Assembly: GCA_977020255.1 (NCBI GenBank)
Contig: CDROCS010002105.1
Span: 434,001 to 498,000 of the forward strand
Length of the DNA: 64,000 bases
Source: Obrimoposthia wandeli
Lineage: Eukaryota
Direction: 5' to 3'
Shown here one piece after another: positions 9,956 through 19,875 of the stretch. A program made the translations under genes and the position numbers. The notes beneath the pieces were generated by a model. It saw only the letters and a program-made list of their open reading frames with translations. It did no database searches and had not been told where the DNA came from. Numbering within the stretch: position 1 is the first letter of the stretch; each line of letters begins with the position of its first letter.

Positions 9956-11176
9956 TTAACTGGCCATTTTTTCCATTGCGTTAGCCAGAATTTGACCCGC
10001 AAGGATAACATCATCAAATTCACTGTATTCTTCTGGATGATGAGATATACCGCCTTTGGATGGTATAAATATCATAGACGTAGGGATGATTTTTGACATG
10101 TACATTGCATCATGTCCAGCACCACTATTCATTTCATGATAAGGAATTTTTTCATCTTCTGCTGCGCTGACTAATGTTTGAAATACAGAACGATCTAGAT
10201 TGACGGGCAAATCATTACATAGTTCGACAACGTTAAACTTTACGTGGTGAATTTGGGTTGCTTCCTCAATTGAGTAGTACATATGTTTAATAACAGCATC
10301 GACACTATCTTTGTCAATGCCGCGTATATCAACAGTAAACTCCACCTCTCCGGGAACAACATTCATCGAATTAGGATACACATCAAGTTTACCCACTGTT
10401 CCTACCGTACCTTCATCTTTACGAATATAGGCCTCATGATTAATGTCATTAATAATACGAGCTGCAGCACACAGAGCATCAGAACGTAAATCCATTGGAG
10501 TCGCGCCTGAATGATCAGCATGTCCTTTTACGGTAATGCAAAAACGGGTAGGGGCAGCAATGGCTGATACAATCCCCACATGCAGACCGTAATTTTCGAG
10601 TATATTCCCTTGCTCTATATGGACTTCTATAAACGATTTGTAGTGCTCATTGTCTAACTTGGCGTTTTCGATATCTTGGGGTGATGTTCCAGAGGCATCA
10701 AAAAAGTTCATGCCATTTGAATCAGTATTTTCTAGCCATTTTTTAATATCAGCATTGCCCGTTAGAGCCTTGCTGGCCATGCAGGAAAAGCCGAAACGTG
10801 AAGATTCCTCTGCACGGAAGATGATCAACTGCACTGTGTGCTTTAATTTACATGTTTTGAGCTTTTCTAGAGCAAAGAGTCCGGCTATTACGCCAACAGT
10901 GCCATCATATTTACCACCACAATGGACGGTATCTAAATGTGAACCTGTCGCGACGATTTTAGCGTTTGGTTCAGAGGATGGAATTTCGGCGAATATATTG
11001 CCCATAGCGTCAGTTCGGACATCATATCCTTTCTCAACGAGCAAGTTGAATAGATAATCATGAGTATCATTATCAGCATCCGAATACGCTAGACGGTACA
11101 TCCCATTATCTGTCTCGCCATAAGAGCCAATGCAATTAAAAATGTTTAGAAGTTCTGTTGAGTCCATGTAGTTCAC
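9956..11176 (-). CDS. M20 Zn-dependent hydrolase (N-carbamoyl-L-amino-acid/allantoate amidohydrolase family)
   Basis: GSHLDTV..GGKYDG..GV, EESSRF, EVHIEQG, GHADHSG.TPM, SGAGHDA, GISHHPEE motifs. Confidence 0.88.
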   Translation of the reverse strand: MNYMDSTELLNIFNCIGSYGETDNGMYRLAYSDADNDTHDYLFNLLVEKGYDVRTDAMGNIFAEIPSSEPNAKIVATGSHLDTVHCGGKYDGTVGVIAGLFALEKLKTCKLKHTVQLIIFRAEESSRFGFSCMASKALTGNADIKKWLENTDSNGMNFFDASGTSPQDIENAKLDNEHYKSFIEVHIEQGNILENYGLHVGIVSAIAAPTRFCITVKGHADHSGATPMDLRSDALCAAARIINDINHEAYIRKDEGTVGTVGKLDVYPNSMNVVPGEVEFTVDIRGIDKDSVDAVIKHMYYSIEEATQIHHVKFNVVELCNDLPVNLDRSVFQTLVSAAEDEKIPYHEMNSGAGHDAMYMSKIIPTSMIFIPSKGGISHHPEEYSEFDDVILAGQILANAMEKMAS

Positions 11177-11312
11177 CTTAGCGACAGAATATGAGGCTAA
11201 TTTAATTTCAAAGCCCTATTTCTCGTTGATTGAGTTTTTTAGTTTTAATGAATGTACGAAAACAGGCGCATTCATAATCAACGAAAACAGGGCACACTAT
11301 TTAATAAACTTG

Positions 11313-12563
11313 TTACAGCATAATAAATACCGTTACAACTAAAGCGCTAAGCATACCTGGCCATTGCCGTTTTGCTGCTTCCAAAGGGCTAACGCCCGCA
11401 ATTGCGGCAGCAACGATAGTCGCTCCAGCAACCGGTGACATCGCTCGGCCAAAGCAACCAGCTAGTACTGTTGCTGAACCCATGTCTGGGATATTTAGAC
11501 CAAAATCTGCAGCATTGGGTGTGATTGCTTCATTAAAGGCAAATGCAGCGGCATCTCCCGATCCTGTGAGTATTGCCAGTGCTGAAGTGCCTGCTGGGCC
11601 TAATAATTTTGCTAATTCAGGGTAGCTAGTTAGAAAGCCAATACCAGCATCTACTAATCCAGTCGCTTTTAGACCGAATACAAATACAGCGGCGGCAATG
11701 ATGATCCCAAATACGTTAGCGAAGGCTTCGCCCATACCAGAGAAAAACGATTTTGTGACTTCTGCAGGGTTAGCTCGAGTTACAGCGAAGGTGTATAGCA
11801 CACCGAATAACATCGCTTGTGGTACACCCATTTTTATTGCAGGAATGATAGTCGCACCAAGAAGTAAAATCACAATCGGAACAATAGGTGCTAAAGCCCA
11901 AAGGAAATTAACTTTAACATCCTCAATTTTGGTTTCTTCTCCCTCAATGCTATAGCCAGTGTGTTCCTTTTTAACTACGGCAATAATAGTTAGAATAACC
12001 GCTCCTAGCAGCATTGCAATAATGGTTGGTAGTTGATGATTTAAAACCACATCCATAGACGATATACCTGCCATATCACCAATAAATGGGTTATGTGCCA
12101 TGCCAGGGTTGAGCATGGATCCAAATGTACCACCGATGACAGCAGCAGCAGCAACGGCGGGTGATACCCCCGCTCTGATCATTACGGGTATAATCGCCGC
12201 CCCCGCAGCAGCAGCAGATCCCGCTGCACTTGGTAGTGCGATATTAACCCCAAATGTGATCATGGTACCGGCAGGAATAATGAGTAATTTCACCCTGTCT
12301 ATTTTGGAGGATAGTAAACGAACAAGATGCAAATCACATTGGGTATATTTCATCACAAACGCAAAGCCCATAACGGAGCAGATCGATTGAATCAAGCTAC
12401 CTGATGTCATACGTTTTGCAAAAGCATCAAATCCACCTAACGGGTCTAATGCAATTAAACCCATTATCAAGCCTGCCGTAATAAGAACTAAACGTGTCTC
12501 ATAGCCTTTTACCATGGCAAAGACGGTACAGAACACGACAATGAGAGCTAATATTTCAGTCAT
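11313..12563 (-). CDS. DcuC/DcuD-family C4-dicarboxylate transporter-like protein
   Basis: GYETRLVL, LIQSICSVMGFA.VM..T.CD.HLV, TGSGDAAAFAFN, GRAMSPVAGATI motifs. Confidence 0.85.
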   Translation of the reverse strand: MTEILALIVVFCTVFAMVKGYETRLVLITAGLIMGLIALDPLGGFDAFAKRMTSGSLIQSICSVMGFAFVMKYTQCDLHLVRLLSSKIDRVKLLIIPAGTMITFGVNIALPSAAGSAAAAGAAIIPVMIRAGVSPAVAAAAVIGGTFGSMLNPGMAHNPFIGDMAGISSMDVVLNHQLPTIIAMLLGAVILTIIAVVKKEHTGYSIEGEETKIEDVKVNFLWALAPIVPIVILLLGATIIPAIKMGVPQAMLFGVLYTFAVTRANPAEVTKSFFSGMGEAFANVFGIIIAAAVFVFGLKATGLVDAGIGFLTSYPELAKLLGPAGTSALAILTGSGDAAAFAFNEAITPNAADFGLNIPDMGSATVLAGCFGRAMSPVAGATIVAAAIAGVSPLEAAKRQWPGMLSALVVTVFIML

Positions 12564-12654
12564 TTTGAGTCACCATATTGTTATTAATATTTTTGCAACG
12601 GCTACTAGCCTTGATTATTTCAAAGCCAGATTTAGTAAGTGAAAAGAATTAGAA

Positions 12655-13821
12655 TTACTCTAATTCGACTTTCACAACATTTAGAAAGTACTCAATGCCA
12701 ACTGGAATAAGCTCATCATTGAAGTCATAGCCCGGAGTATGAAGAGCATCACTATCACCGTTGCCAATGAACATAAAAGCACCAGGGATCTGCTCTAAAT
12801 AAAAGGAAAAATCTTCAGCACCGCCGACAGGTGTGACAGCACCATTAAAACGTTCTTCACCCACTGTGTTTTTGGCTGCTTGTGAAATCACGTTAAACTG
12901 AGAGGTAGGGTTATATACTGATGGGTAACGACGGATGTAATTATATTCAACATCACAGCCATGAACTTGTGCTGATGACGCGGCAATTTCGCCAATTCTA
13001 CGCTCAATCAAATCACGTACTTCTGGTTCGTATGCGCGAGCAGTACCACGGAGTTGTACTTCCGCCGGAATAATATTCGGTGATTCGAACTTACCTGCAT
13101 TTATGTAACCAACTGAAACCACACCAGCACGGGCACAGTGAATGTTTCGGCTAACAATACTTTGTAGGTTCATAATGATGTTGGATGTAGCAAGCGTGGG
13201 GTCAGTAACTTCGTGAGGCATGGCTCCATGCCCACCAGAGCCGGTAACTGTTATTTCCCATGTGTCGCTACAAGCCATAAGGGCACCAGTTGCACTTGCT
13301 AGCGTACCTAATGGAACTTTGGGCCAGTTATGTAATCCGTAGATTGCCTCAATTTTTGGGAAATCCTGAAAAAAGCCATTATTAATAACATATTTGGCTC
13401 CGCCGTAACTTTCCTCTGCTGGTTGGAAAAGCAAGTGAACCTTACCAGAAAAATCATTGTGCTTAGAGAGGTATCTTGCCACACCAAGCATCATTGCCAT
13501 GTGACCATCGTGTCCACAGGCGTGCATTACACCAGCATTTTTCGATGCATAGGGAAGGTTGGTTTTTTCGTCGATGTGCAATGCATCCATATCACAACGT
13601 AAGCAAATTTCACGGCCTGGATTGACACCATTAATTGTGGCTACAATACCCGTTGTGGCATAGCCTATTTTAAATGAAATGTTTACTTCTCTTAAAAACG
13701 ATTGAATTGTATTAGCTGTTTCAATTTCTTTGAAACCTACTTCTGGGTATGAATGAAAGTGTTGGCGATAATCAATCATGTCTTTTGAAATAGTGATTAT
13801 TTCACTCTTGTTTATAAACAT
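12655..13821 (-). CDS. M20D amidohydrolase (hippurate hydrolase/aminoacylase family)
   Basis: RQHFHSYPE.GF.E, MHACGHDGH, FQPAEE, GGHGAMPH, AEDFSFY, LHTPGYDF motifs. Confidence 0.9.
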   Translation of the reverse strand: MFINKSEIITISKDMIDYRQHFHSYPEVGFKEIETANTIQSFLREVNISFKIGYATTGIVATINGVNPGREICLRCDMDALHIDEKTNLPYASKNAGVMHACGHDGHMAMMLGVARYLSKHNDFSGKVHLLFQPAEESYGGAKYVINNGFFQDFPKIEAIYGLHNWPKVPLGTLASATGALMACSDTWEITVTGSGGHGAMPHEVTDPTLATSNIIMNLQSIVSRNIHCARAGVVSVGYINAGKFESPNIIPAEVQLRGTARAYEPEVRDLIERRIGEIAASSAQVHGCDVEYNYIRRYPSVYNPTSQFNVISQAAKNTVGEERFNGAVTPVGGAEDFSFYLEQIPGAFMFIGNGDSDALHTPGYDFNDELIPVGIEYFLNVVKVELE

Positions 13822-14278
13822 TGCCCCACCTTACCATTGACTAAATAACATATTAGCAAGGTGATGTAATAATCACCTTCTCAAGAAATAAAATACATAA
13901 CGGCACAATTAAATTACGTTGGATCTTTGACTATGTAGTGACTTAATATTTAGTGATGTGATTATTTTAAAGGCGAAATTAACTAAAGTGAATTAGATTA
14001 AAATTCAAATTATATAAATAAGCATTTATATAAGTAGCCACATTATTCTGTCGAGATAGACCTCTGAAGTTATTCTATGAGATTAATTGCTTACATAATC
14101 ACCGAGTTTTAATTTGATATCTACGAGGCAGGTCACACTTCTATGAATACGGATAAAAACCGCATCTTGCAATGTGGGAGCATGAATAAATATTGATTCA
14201 TGTTCCCATATTGTATGTAAAACCTTATGGCTTAATGGTGGTTTAATTTTCATTGAATTTTTTGGTGAGATTTATTCA

Positions 14279-15523
14279 TTAGTTTGAATAATTTTTTTCT
14301 GAGGTTATTTTAATTACCTCTAAGATAACATTACTTGCTGCTTTTAATGAATTGACTGGAAGGTACTCATAAATAGAGTGGAAGTTATGTGCTCCTGTAA
14401 ATATATTCGGGCAAGGTAAGCCTTTCTCCGACAGTACCGCACCGTCATATCCACCTCGCATAGGTATAATATTAGGCTTTATCCCATTTCGACGATAAGC
14501 TTCTAAAGCTATATCAATTGGGAAACGTGCATCTCCTTTAAGGCTATTGGCTACATTTTCGTAGCTGTCAGAAATTGTGATGTCGATGGATTGCTTTCCC
14601 CATAATAAAGCGAAATTATTAGCAAGCTTGCATAGAAAATCTTTACGTTGTGCATAATTACTTTTGGAAAAATCACGAATATCTAGTTTTAGGGTTGTTT
14701 GAGCACTATTTCCGTTGAGTTGCTTGACCCAGTAATAGCCTTCGCGACCATCGGTATATTCAGGTGCTTCACCACCCGGCAGCATGGAAATAAACTTATG
14801 TGCCATCAATAGTGAATTCTTCAGTTTTCCTTTGGCTGACATCGGGTGGGCCGACTGTCCAGTAAAGGTTACTACGGCACTTCCTGCATTCCAGTTTTCA
14901 TATACAAAATCACCGATGCCACAGCAGTCGAGAGTGTAGCCGAAATTAGCCCCAAATGATGACACATCAAATGCTTTTGCTCCAAGTAAACCTTGCTCTT
15001 CATCCGGTAAGAATGCGACTTTCACTGTCCCGTGTTTAATTTCTGGATTTTCGGTTAAAGTCTGTAAAGCATTTAGAATGGCAGCAATTGCAGCTTTATC
15101 ATCAGCACCAAGTAAACTAGTACCGTCAGTTGTAATTATTTGTTGTCCTTGATAGTTTTTAAGCTCGGGGTAATCACTTTGTTTAAGCGTAATACCTTGA
15201 ACTTTGTTTAGAATAATGTCGCCACCTTCATAATTAATAATTTTCGCTTTTGTGTCTGCGGTTTGTTCTTCACTTGTATCAAGGTGGGCAAAAAATGAAA
15301 CGATGGGTACATCTTCGTTAATATTCGCCGGGAGAGTAGCCGTTAGAATAGCGTTTTTTTGTAAATCAATTTCTATGAGTCCAATTTCAGCTAATTCTCT
15401 AGCGATAAGTTTGGCTAACTCAAATTGACCTGAAGATGAGGGTAAAATACCTTGTGCTCCATTCTTGTTGTTTGTTGCCGTATTTATTGTTGTGTAATTT
15501 ATAAAACGTTCAATTATGTCCAT
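14279..15523 (-). CDS. pepT: Peptidase T (tripeptide aminopeptidase, M20B)
   Basis: AHLDT, TTDGTSLLGADDKA, PDEEQG, MRGGYDG, GLPCPNIFTG.HNFH motifs. Confidence 0.88.
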   Translation of the reverse strand: MDIIERFINYTTINTATNNKNGAQGILPSSSGQFELAKLIARELAEIGLIEIDLQKNAILTATLPANINEDVPIVSFFAHLDTSEEQTADTKAKIINYEGGDIILNKVQGITLKQSDYPELKNYQGQQIITTDGTSLLGADDKAAIAAILNALQTLTENPEIKHGTVKVAFLPDEEQGLLGAKAFDVSSFGANFGYTLDCCGIGDFVYENWNAGSAVVTFTGQSAHPMSAKGKLKNSLLMAHKFISMLPGGEAPEYTDGREGYYWVKQLNGNSAQTTLKLDIRDFSKSNYAQRKDFLCKLANNFALLWGKQSIDITISDSYENVANSLKGDARFPIDIALEAYRRNGIKPNIIPMRGGYDGAVLSEKGLPCPNIFTGAHNFHSIYEYLPVNSLKAASNVILEVIKITSEKNYSN

Positions 15524-16077
15524 TTTGATGACCTTGTATTATGAGTTTGATGACATTGTATTTGTTAAGTTGAGTATTAATTTTCGGTTGTATCACAATT
15601 AATAAATTTTTGATGGCATGACGTTGTCATATAAAAACGTCAGTCAGGCTTGAATATTTTGAACGATTTAACGTGTAAGTTAATTTGTTTAGGCTGATTT
15701 ACAAAATCATTGAAGAGGGTATGTTTGGTTCATTCTTAAGTCTGTCATTCTCAATGGTTTAAATCCCACATTTGAAATTAGAAACTATTTTTAGAACGCT
15801 ATAATTTAAATATTTATAGAAAGAAAATGTATGGCTAATTAGTAGCAATCTGAACCTGTAAGCGAATATGCACCATCGACCTCTATTAACTTAAAATGTA
15901 TCCCTTATAAAAAATGGTTTTGCCATAGAAAAAATAATGTCTATGGAACAAAAGATTTTGTTGTTGCTGGTAACGGAATATCGAATGGAAAACTTGATGA
16001 GGTTATTCGTGCCACACAATTAGCCGTTGATAATGTTATTAGCCGTCTTTGACGTTTTGAACGAAGACGGCTCTGAA

Positions 16078-16419
16078 TTACTTATTAACAAACATGTGGT
16101 TAGCGGGTGTTACACCACGATCGTAAGTACAAAATGTATCGGTAACAGACTCTGTTTTACTGTGAATCTTTATATTTGTAATGACTTCTAAAGCACCTGC
16201 GTCGTAACACGCTTGCTGAGCGTCTTTTACAATATCGAGTAAATGATTCAGCTCACCTTTCATTGTTGTTTCCATTGCTCCTACTTGGTAAGGAACATTA
16301 GCGGCTTTAACAACGTCTATTGCTTTATCTACCACTTCAAAATTGTTGCCTTCTTTCAGTCTAGGTATGACTTGGAACGCAACAAATACGTCTTTAAGTA
16401 TTGGGTTTTGAGTCGACAT
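16078..16419 (-). CDS. Thiamine-binding protein (YkoF/MTH1187, DUF77 family)
   Basis: VDKAIDVVK...YQVGAMETTMKGELNHLLDIVK pattern. Confidence 0.75.
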   Translation of the reverse strand: MSTQNPILKDVFVAFQVIPRLKEGNNFEVVDKAIDVVKAANVPYQVGAMETTMKGELNHLLDIVKDAQQACYDAGALEVITNIKIHSKTESVTDTFCTYDRGVTPANHMFVNK

Positions 16420-16505
16420 TTGTGTTTTATCTCATGTGGTTAAACATCGGTGCATGCTAACATTTTTGCTATTGGGGTGCGAAGATTTAAGGCTTGGGTA
16501 CAAAT

Positions 16506-16629
16506 GGCTAACAAATTGCTTAAGCTGACAGCCAACGTATGGCACTTTTAGCTCCAATTAGTTTAATGAGTAAGGTGAGTTGCGAGTGGTTCAGTTTTGC
16601 ATTGTCTGCAACTTATTAATGGGTTAACT
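16506..16629 (+). repeat. Full-length attC-like (VCR/VXR-type) integron cassette recombination site, degenerate
   Basis: ggcTAAC-aaattg-cttaag...ctta-ttaatgg-GTTaact, about 124 bp, with inner arms gacagccaacg / cattgtc; typical VCR size and architecture. Confidence 0.65.
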
Positions 16630-16879
16630 TGCACCTCGCCATACTTTTTTTTATCCATAATTTGGGGCTTGTTGTACGCTCTATTTTCAAATTAAACATT
16701 GTATCGGTCTCAAAATATTTTAAAGCGATATTATCTTCCAACTTATCGTTGATGTGATCGCCAAAGTCACTCAAGGTAAGATCAGCATCAACAGTGCTTC
16801 TCAGCTCCTCAATAAATTTGTTGACAAAAATGATTGTAAAATTCGTTATATGCCAAAAATTGGAACTGTTCAAATTCAT
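16616..16879 (-). CDS. Hypothetical protein or fragment abutting attC
   Basis: 87-aa ORF ending inside the attC right end; no family recognised. Confidence 0.3.
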   Translation of the reverse strand: MNLNSSNFWHITNFTIIFVNKFIEELRSTVDADLTLSDFGDHINDKLEDNIALKYFETDTMFNLKIERTTSPKLWIKKSMARCKLTH

Positions 16880-17080
16880 TCTCTATTCATAGTACTACTA
16901 TCAAAATGAACTGATTTAGATCATGGTTTGTTTCTTTGAAAACTCGGTTAGTACACCACATATTGTGTTTACTCTCTCACTAAAGCTTATATTTTGTGTG
17001 TTGAGATGCTAATGACTATTGAACATAAAAGGCACATGCCGCACCGAACATGTAAGAAACATAAAAATAGAACAGATGAC

Positions 17081-17095
17081 TTTACAAAACATTAC
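17081..17095. promoter_or_regulatory. OmpR/CpxR-like direct-repeat box
   Basis: TTTAC-aaaac-ATTAC (GTAAT-N5-GTAAA on the minus strand), about 65 bp upstream of the EF-hand gene. Confidence 0.4.
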
Positions 17096-17161
17096 TCAAC
17101 CTGACACTTTTGTACCTCCAAAGTAGTACTATTTGGGTAGGTTACAACGGAGGGTACTACT

Positions 17162-17488
17162 ATGATGAACACAAAACTCGCCATTATTGCTGTTATTGGT
17201 CTTAGCCTGATATCAGGTGCAAGCGTAGCGGGGATGAACAAAGGAATGCAATGGAACAGCAATATGCCTCAGTTCAAGCAAATAGATCTCAACCACGACG
17301 AAACCATTAGTCCTACAGAGTTCGAACAATTCCGTCAACAAAGGATTAGCGAACGTAAGGCTGAAGGGCGTCAGATGAAAAATATGAACCAAACTAACAT
17401 GTTCGATGTTATCGACCTAAATCAAGATGGTTTGGTCGATGCTGAAGAATTTAGCCAGCATCAAGCCAATAGGCGTATGGTTTGGTGA
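17162..17488 (+). CDS. Secreted EF-hand domain protein
   Basis: Signal peptide plus two EF loops (DLNHDETISPTE, DLNQDGLVDAEE); ggagg RBS. Confidence 0.85.
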   Translation: MMNTKLAIIAVIGLSLISGASVAGMNKGMQWNSNMPQFKQIDLNHDETISPTEFEQFRQQRISERKAEGRQMKNMNQTNMFDVIDLNQDGLVDAEEFSQHQANRRMVW

Positions 17489-17542
17489 TATGCATGCCTA
17501 TTTAGCGTAACACTCGTAATGTGTCTCGCGGATAAACAAGCA

Positions 17543-17566
17543 AAAAGGTCACGTCCGTGGCCTTTT
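17543..17566 (+). terminator. Intrinsic terminator after EF-hand gene
   Basis: aaaaggtcac-gtcc-gtggcctttt hairpin. Confidence 0.6.
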
Positions 17567-17780
17567 CTAACTCATTTATGCCCCCAAATACGTTACATCT
17601 GCACGTGAGAGCAAAGATGTTCAAGTAACGTTGATATACATAAAGTAATGAATTGAAAGGTAAGTATTTCCCCTCTAAGTTTAGGTGAAAGGACTTGGCA
17701 TAATGTATATGGAAGTGGACTGAAGAAGACATACCACATTAAAGATTAAGTGAATTTTCGTACATCTCAAACTCAAACGT

Positions 17781-17825
17781 TAGTCACGGACAAATGCTAA
17801 TTTTCCGTTTAGCTTGGCGTTAGGC
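17781..17825 (+). repeat. Right-half remnant of a short attC
   Basis: acggacaaa...ttttccgt stem followed by ttagcttggcGTTAGGC (canonical GTTRRRY R' core). Confidence 0.55.
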
Positions 17826-17883
17826 ATGAGATATTACCGTGAATTAATCAATAATCGCTCTGAAGTTACGGATAGGGGGAAGA

Positions 17884-18712
17884 ATGCTTGTTACAACAAT
17901 TATAAACGAATTAGTCGAACTTTTAACTACTAATGACCAAGACGATTCGAAGCAGTTAGCTGGGATTGAAACCGCCTTACTTGATATTTCAAAGAGCATT
18001 ATCTAATTCAATCGATAGATTATCAGACTCAGTAATATCCACCGTCCAAGATGAACATGAGTTGCGTCACTATGGACATCTTAAAACAGCAATCCGATCT
18101 TTGGCGGCCGCTAGGGTTGACCCAATAACATTGAAAGATGCGAAGTGTGAACTTGATTGTGCAAAAAAATACTGTGTGTCAGGGGGATATTGGCTAACGT
18201 TACTTGAGTATGAAAGCCTTATGGATCGTCCATTATTGCATACATTAAGGTATGCATTCGCATACAATCAAACTGACCCACACTTTGAAAATACTCAAAG
18301 AGTGCATATTTACTTTTATCTACTACGATTGTCCATACCATTAGCTGAATCGATCGCTCAAGATGTTTCCCCTTTATTGCTCGAAGGGCTCGATGACTCC
18401 AATTTTCAAGCCGTGAGCCGAAACGACTTAGCTGTTGCATTTATGGAATTGTCATTTCTTTCAGAGAGTAATATAGAATTATTAAAGAAATTTACTCAAG
18501 AATCATACGCTGTCAATATTGGGAATTCTATTGAAATTCTAAAAATAATAGATGATATACCTCTATCTATTGAAGCAATTAAGTTACCGATTTTATCTGC
18601 GGAAAAACCGGCCATAGCGGAAAAAAATATACTTGAACGTGGAGCTTACTTAATTGACGCCGTAGAAAGACTTGAGGAAATGATTGAAGAAAAAAAGTCA
18701 CAGGTGCTATAG
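17884..18712 (+). pseudogene. Frameshifted hypothetical (cassette-like) gene
   Basis: ATG at 17884 after AGGGGGA RBS reads MLVTTIINELVELL...SKSII*; the long frame continues from ~18000 to 18712; single frameshift at gcattatctaattc. Confidence 0.6.
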
Positions 18713-19208
18713 CTAAAACTGAACCCTCATACTTTATACCATTATCCTTGGTTGGAGTTTCGTTCCTTTGCTTTTTTATTGAACCCTTGTCTATTTGGGG
18801 TCTTATTTCTGGAGGAGCTGCTCTAATATTCTTCGTTTACATTCTTCGTAAGTGGTCGATATTTAATGATATCGTGCGTCCTCTGAGAAAGCGGGAGATC
18901 CAGATAAAACAAAAATGGTTGGAGATAATAGGTCATTAAGTGAAATAAAGTTCAAATGGTCTATCGAAACTAACCACAGATGTAGATTTTATCTCATACA
19001 TTTTCTTATTTATACAGTAGTCAATACAGGTTTTATTCGTAACTCAGAAATTGTCCACAACATGGCGAGAGTAGATCCTGTCGGTGTTCTTGATTTTAAA
19101 AAGAGGATCAAAATAGCTAAAGAAAAGCACCGAGAAGCTATACAATACTCGAGTTGCGAGATCGCAGCATAGGATACTCATTCACAGAAAACCTTAAAGT
19201 AGCCACAT

Positions 19209-19703
19209 ATGTCTAAAGATTTTGGTTTCACCACAGAATACACCCTCGACAAGACCTTTTTTGCAGAGTGTTATGATCAAACTAGCCGTCCTGCTAAATT
19301 TCCAAAAGCCTATTTAAAAGGAATACTTTTTCTTCTTTTTGGTGTGGTTTTATTAATATTTGAGCTATTATCCAGCGGTTACGTTGGTTGGTTCTTTATT
19401 GTTTTGAGTATTATTGAGGCGTTAAGTGTTTATTTTAAGAGAACCTGGTGGTTATGGCGACAAACATTCAGCAGGAGCTCTGGCAGCAGAGTGGTATTTC
19501 AGGTTGACTCTAACGGTGTGAGTTATAAAAGCGGTAAAAACACCCGTAGCATCGCCTGGAGTGAAATCGACCAACTTAAACAAAGCGATTTAGGGTTTAT
19601 CCTTCATATGGGTAAACAGCGCCAATATGTCAGTAAATCTTGCTTAAATGATGAAGTGATCGCGTTCATTGTAGAGCAGCACGCAGTATCAAAAATGAAC
19701 TAA
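19209..19703 (+). CDS. YcxB-family membrane protein
   Basis: Two N-terminal TMs and C-terminal IAWSEI...GF...QYVSKSCL (YcxB-like) domain; stop lies within TAAC. Confidence 0.7.
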   Translation: MSKDFGFTTEYTLDKTFFAECYDQTSRPAKFPKAYLKGILFLLFGVVLLIFELLSSGYVGWFFIVLSIIEALSVYFKRTWWLWRQTFSRSSGSRVVFQVDSNGVSYKSGKNTRSIAWSEIDQLKQSDLGFILHMGKQRQYVSKSCLNDEVIAFIVEQHAVSKMN

Positions 19704-19875
19704 CGTCAATGCGCGCAAAATAGAGGTAATAAAACGAATACGATCAGCTCTTTCATTTTCCTTTTGATAAGAGTGGTTTAGTTTCTAGCTAGGGGTGTAG
19801 TGGATGTGACGGCAAGTGCTTCTCTTTGTTGGATATATTGACAGTGGTCTACTTGCTGTATAGGGCTGGTTTTTT

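Noticed and set aside
15820-16050. Short frame ending VIRATQLAVDNVISRL*
   Set aside because: Looks like the 3' end of a lost gene, but is too short to assign.
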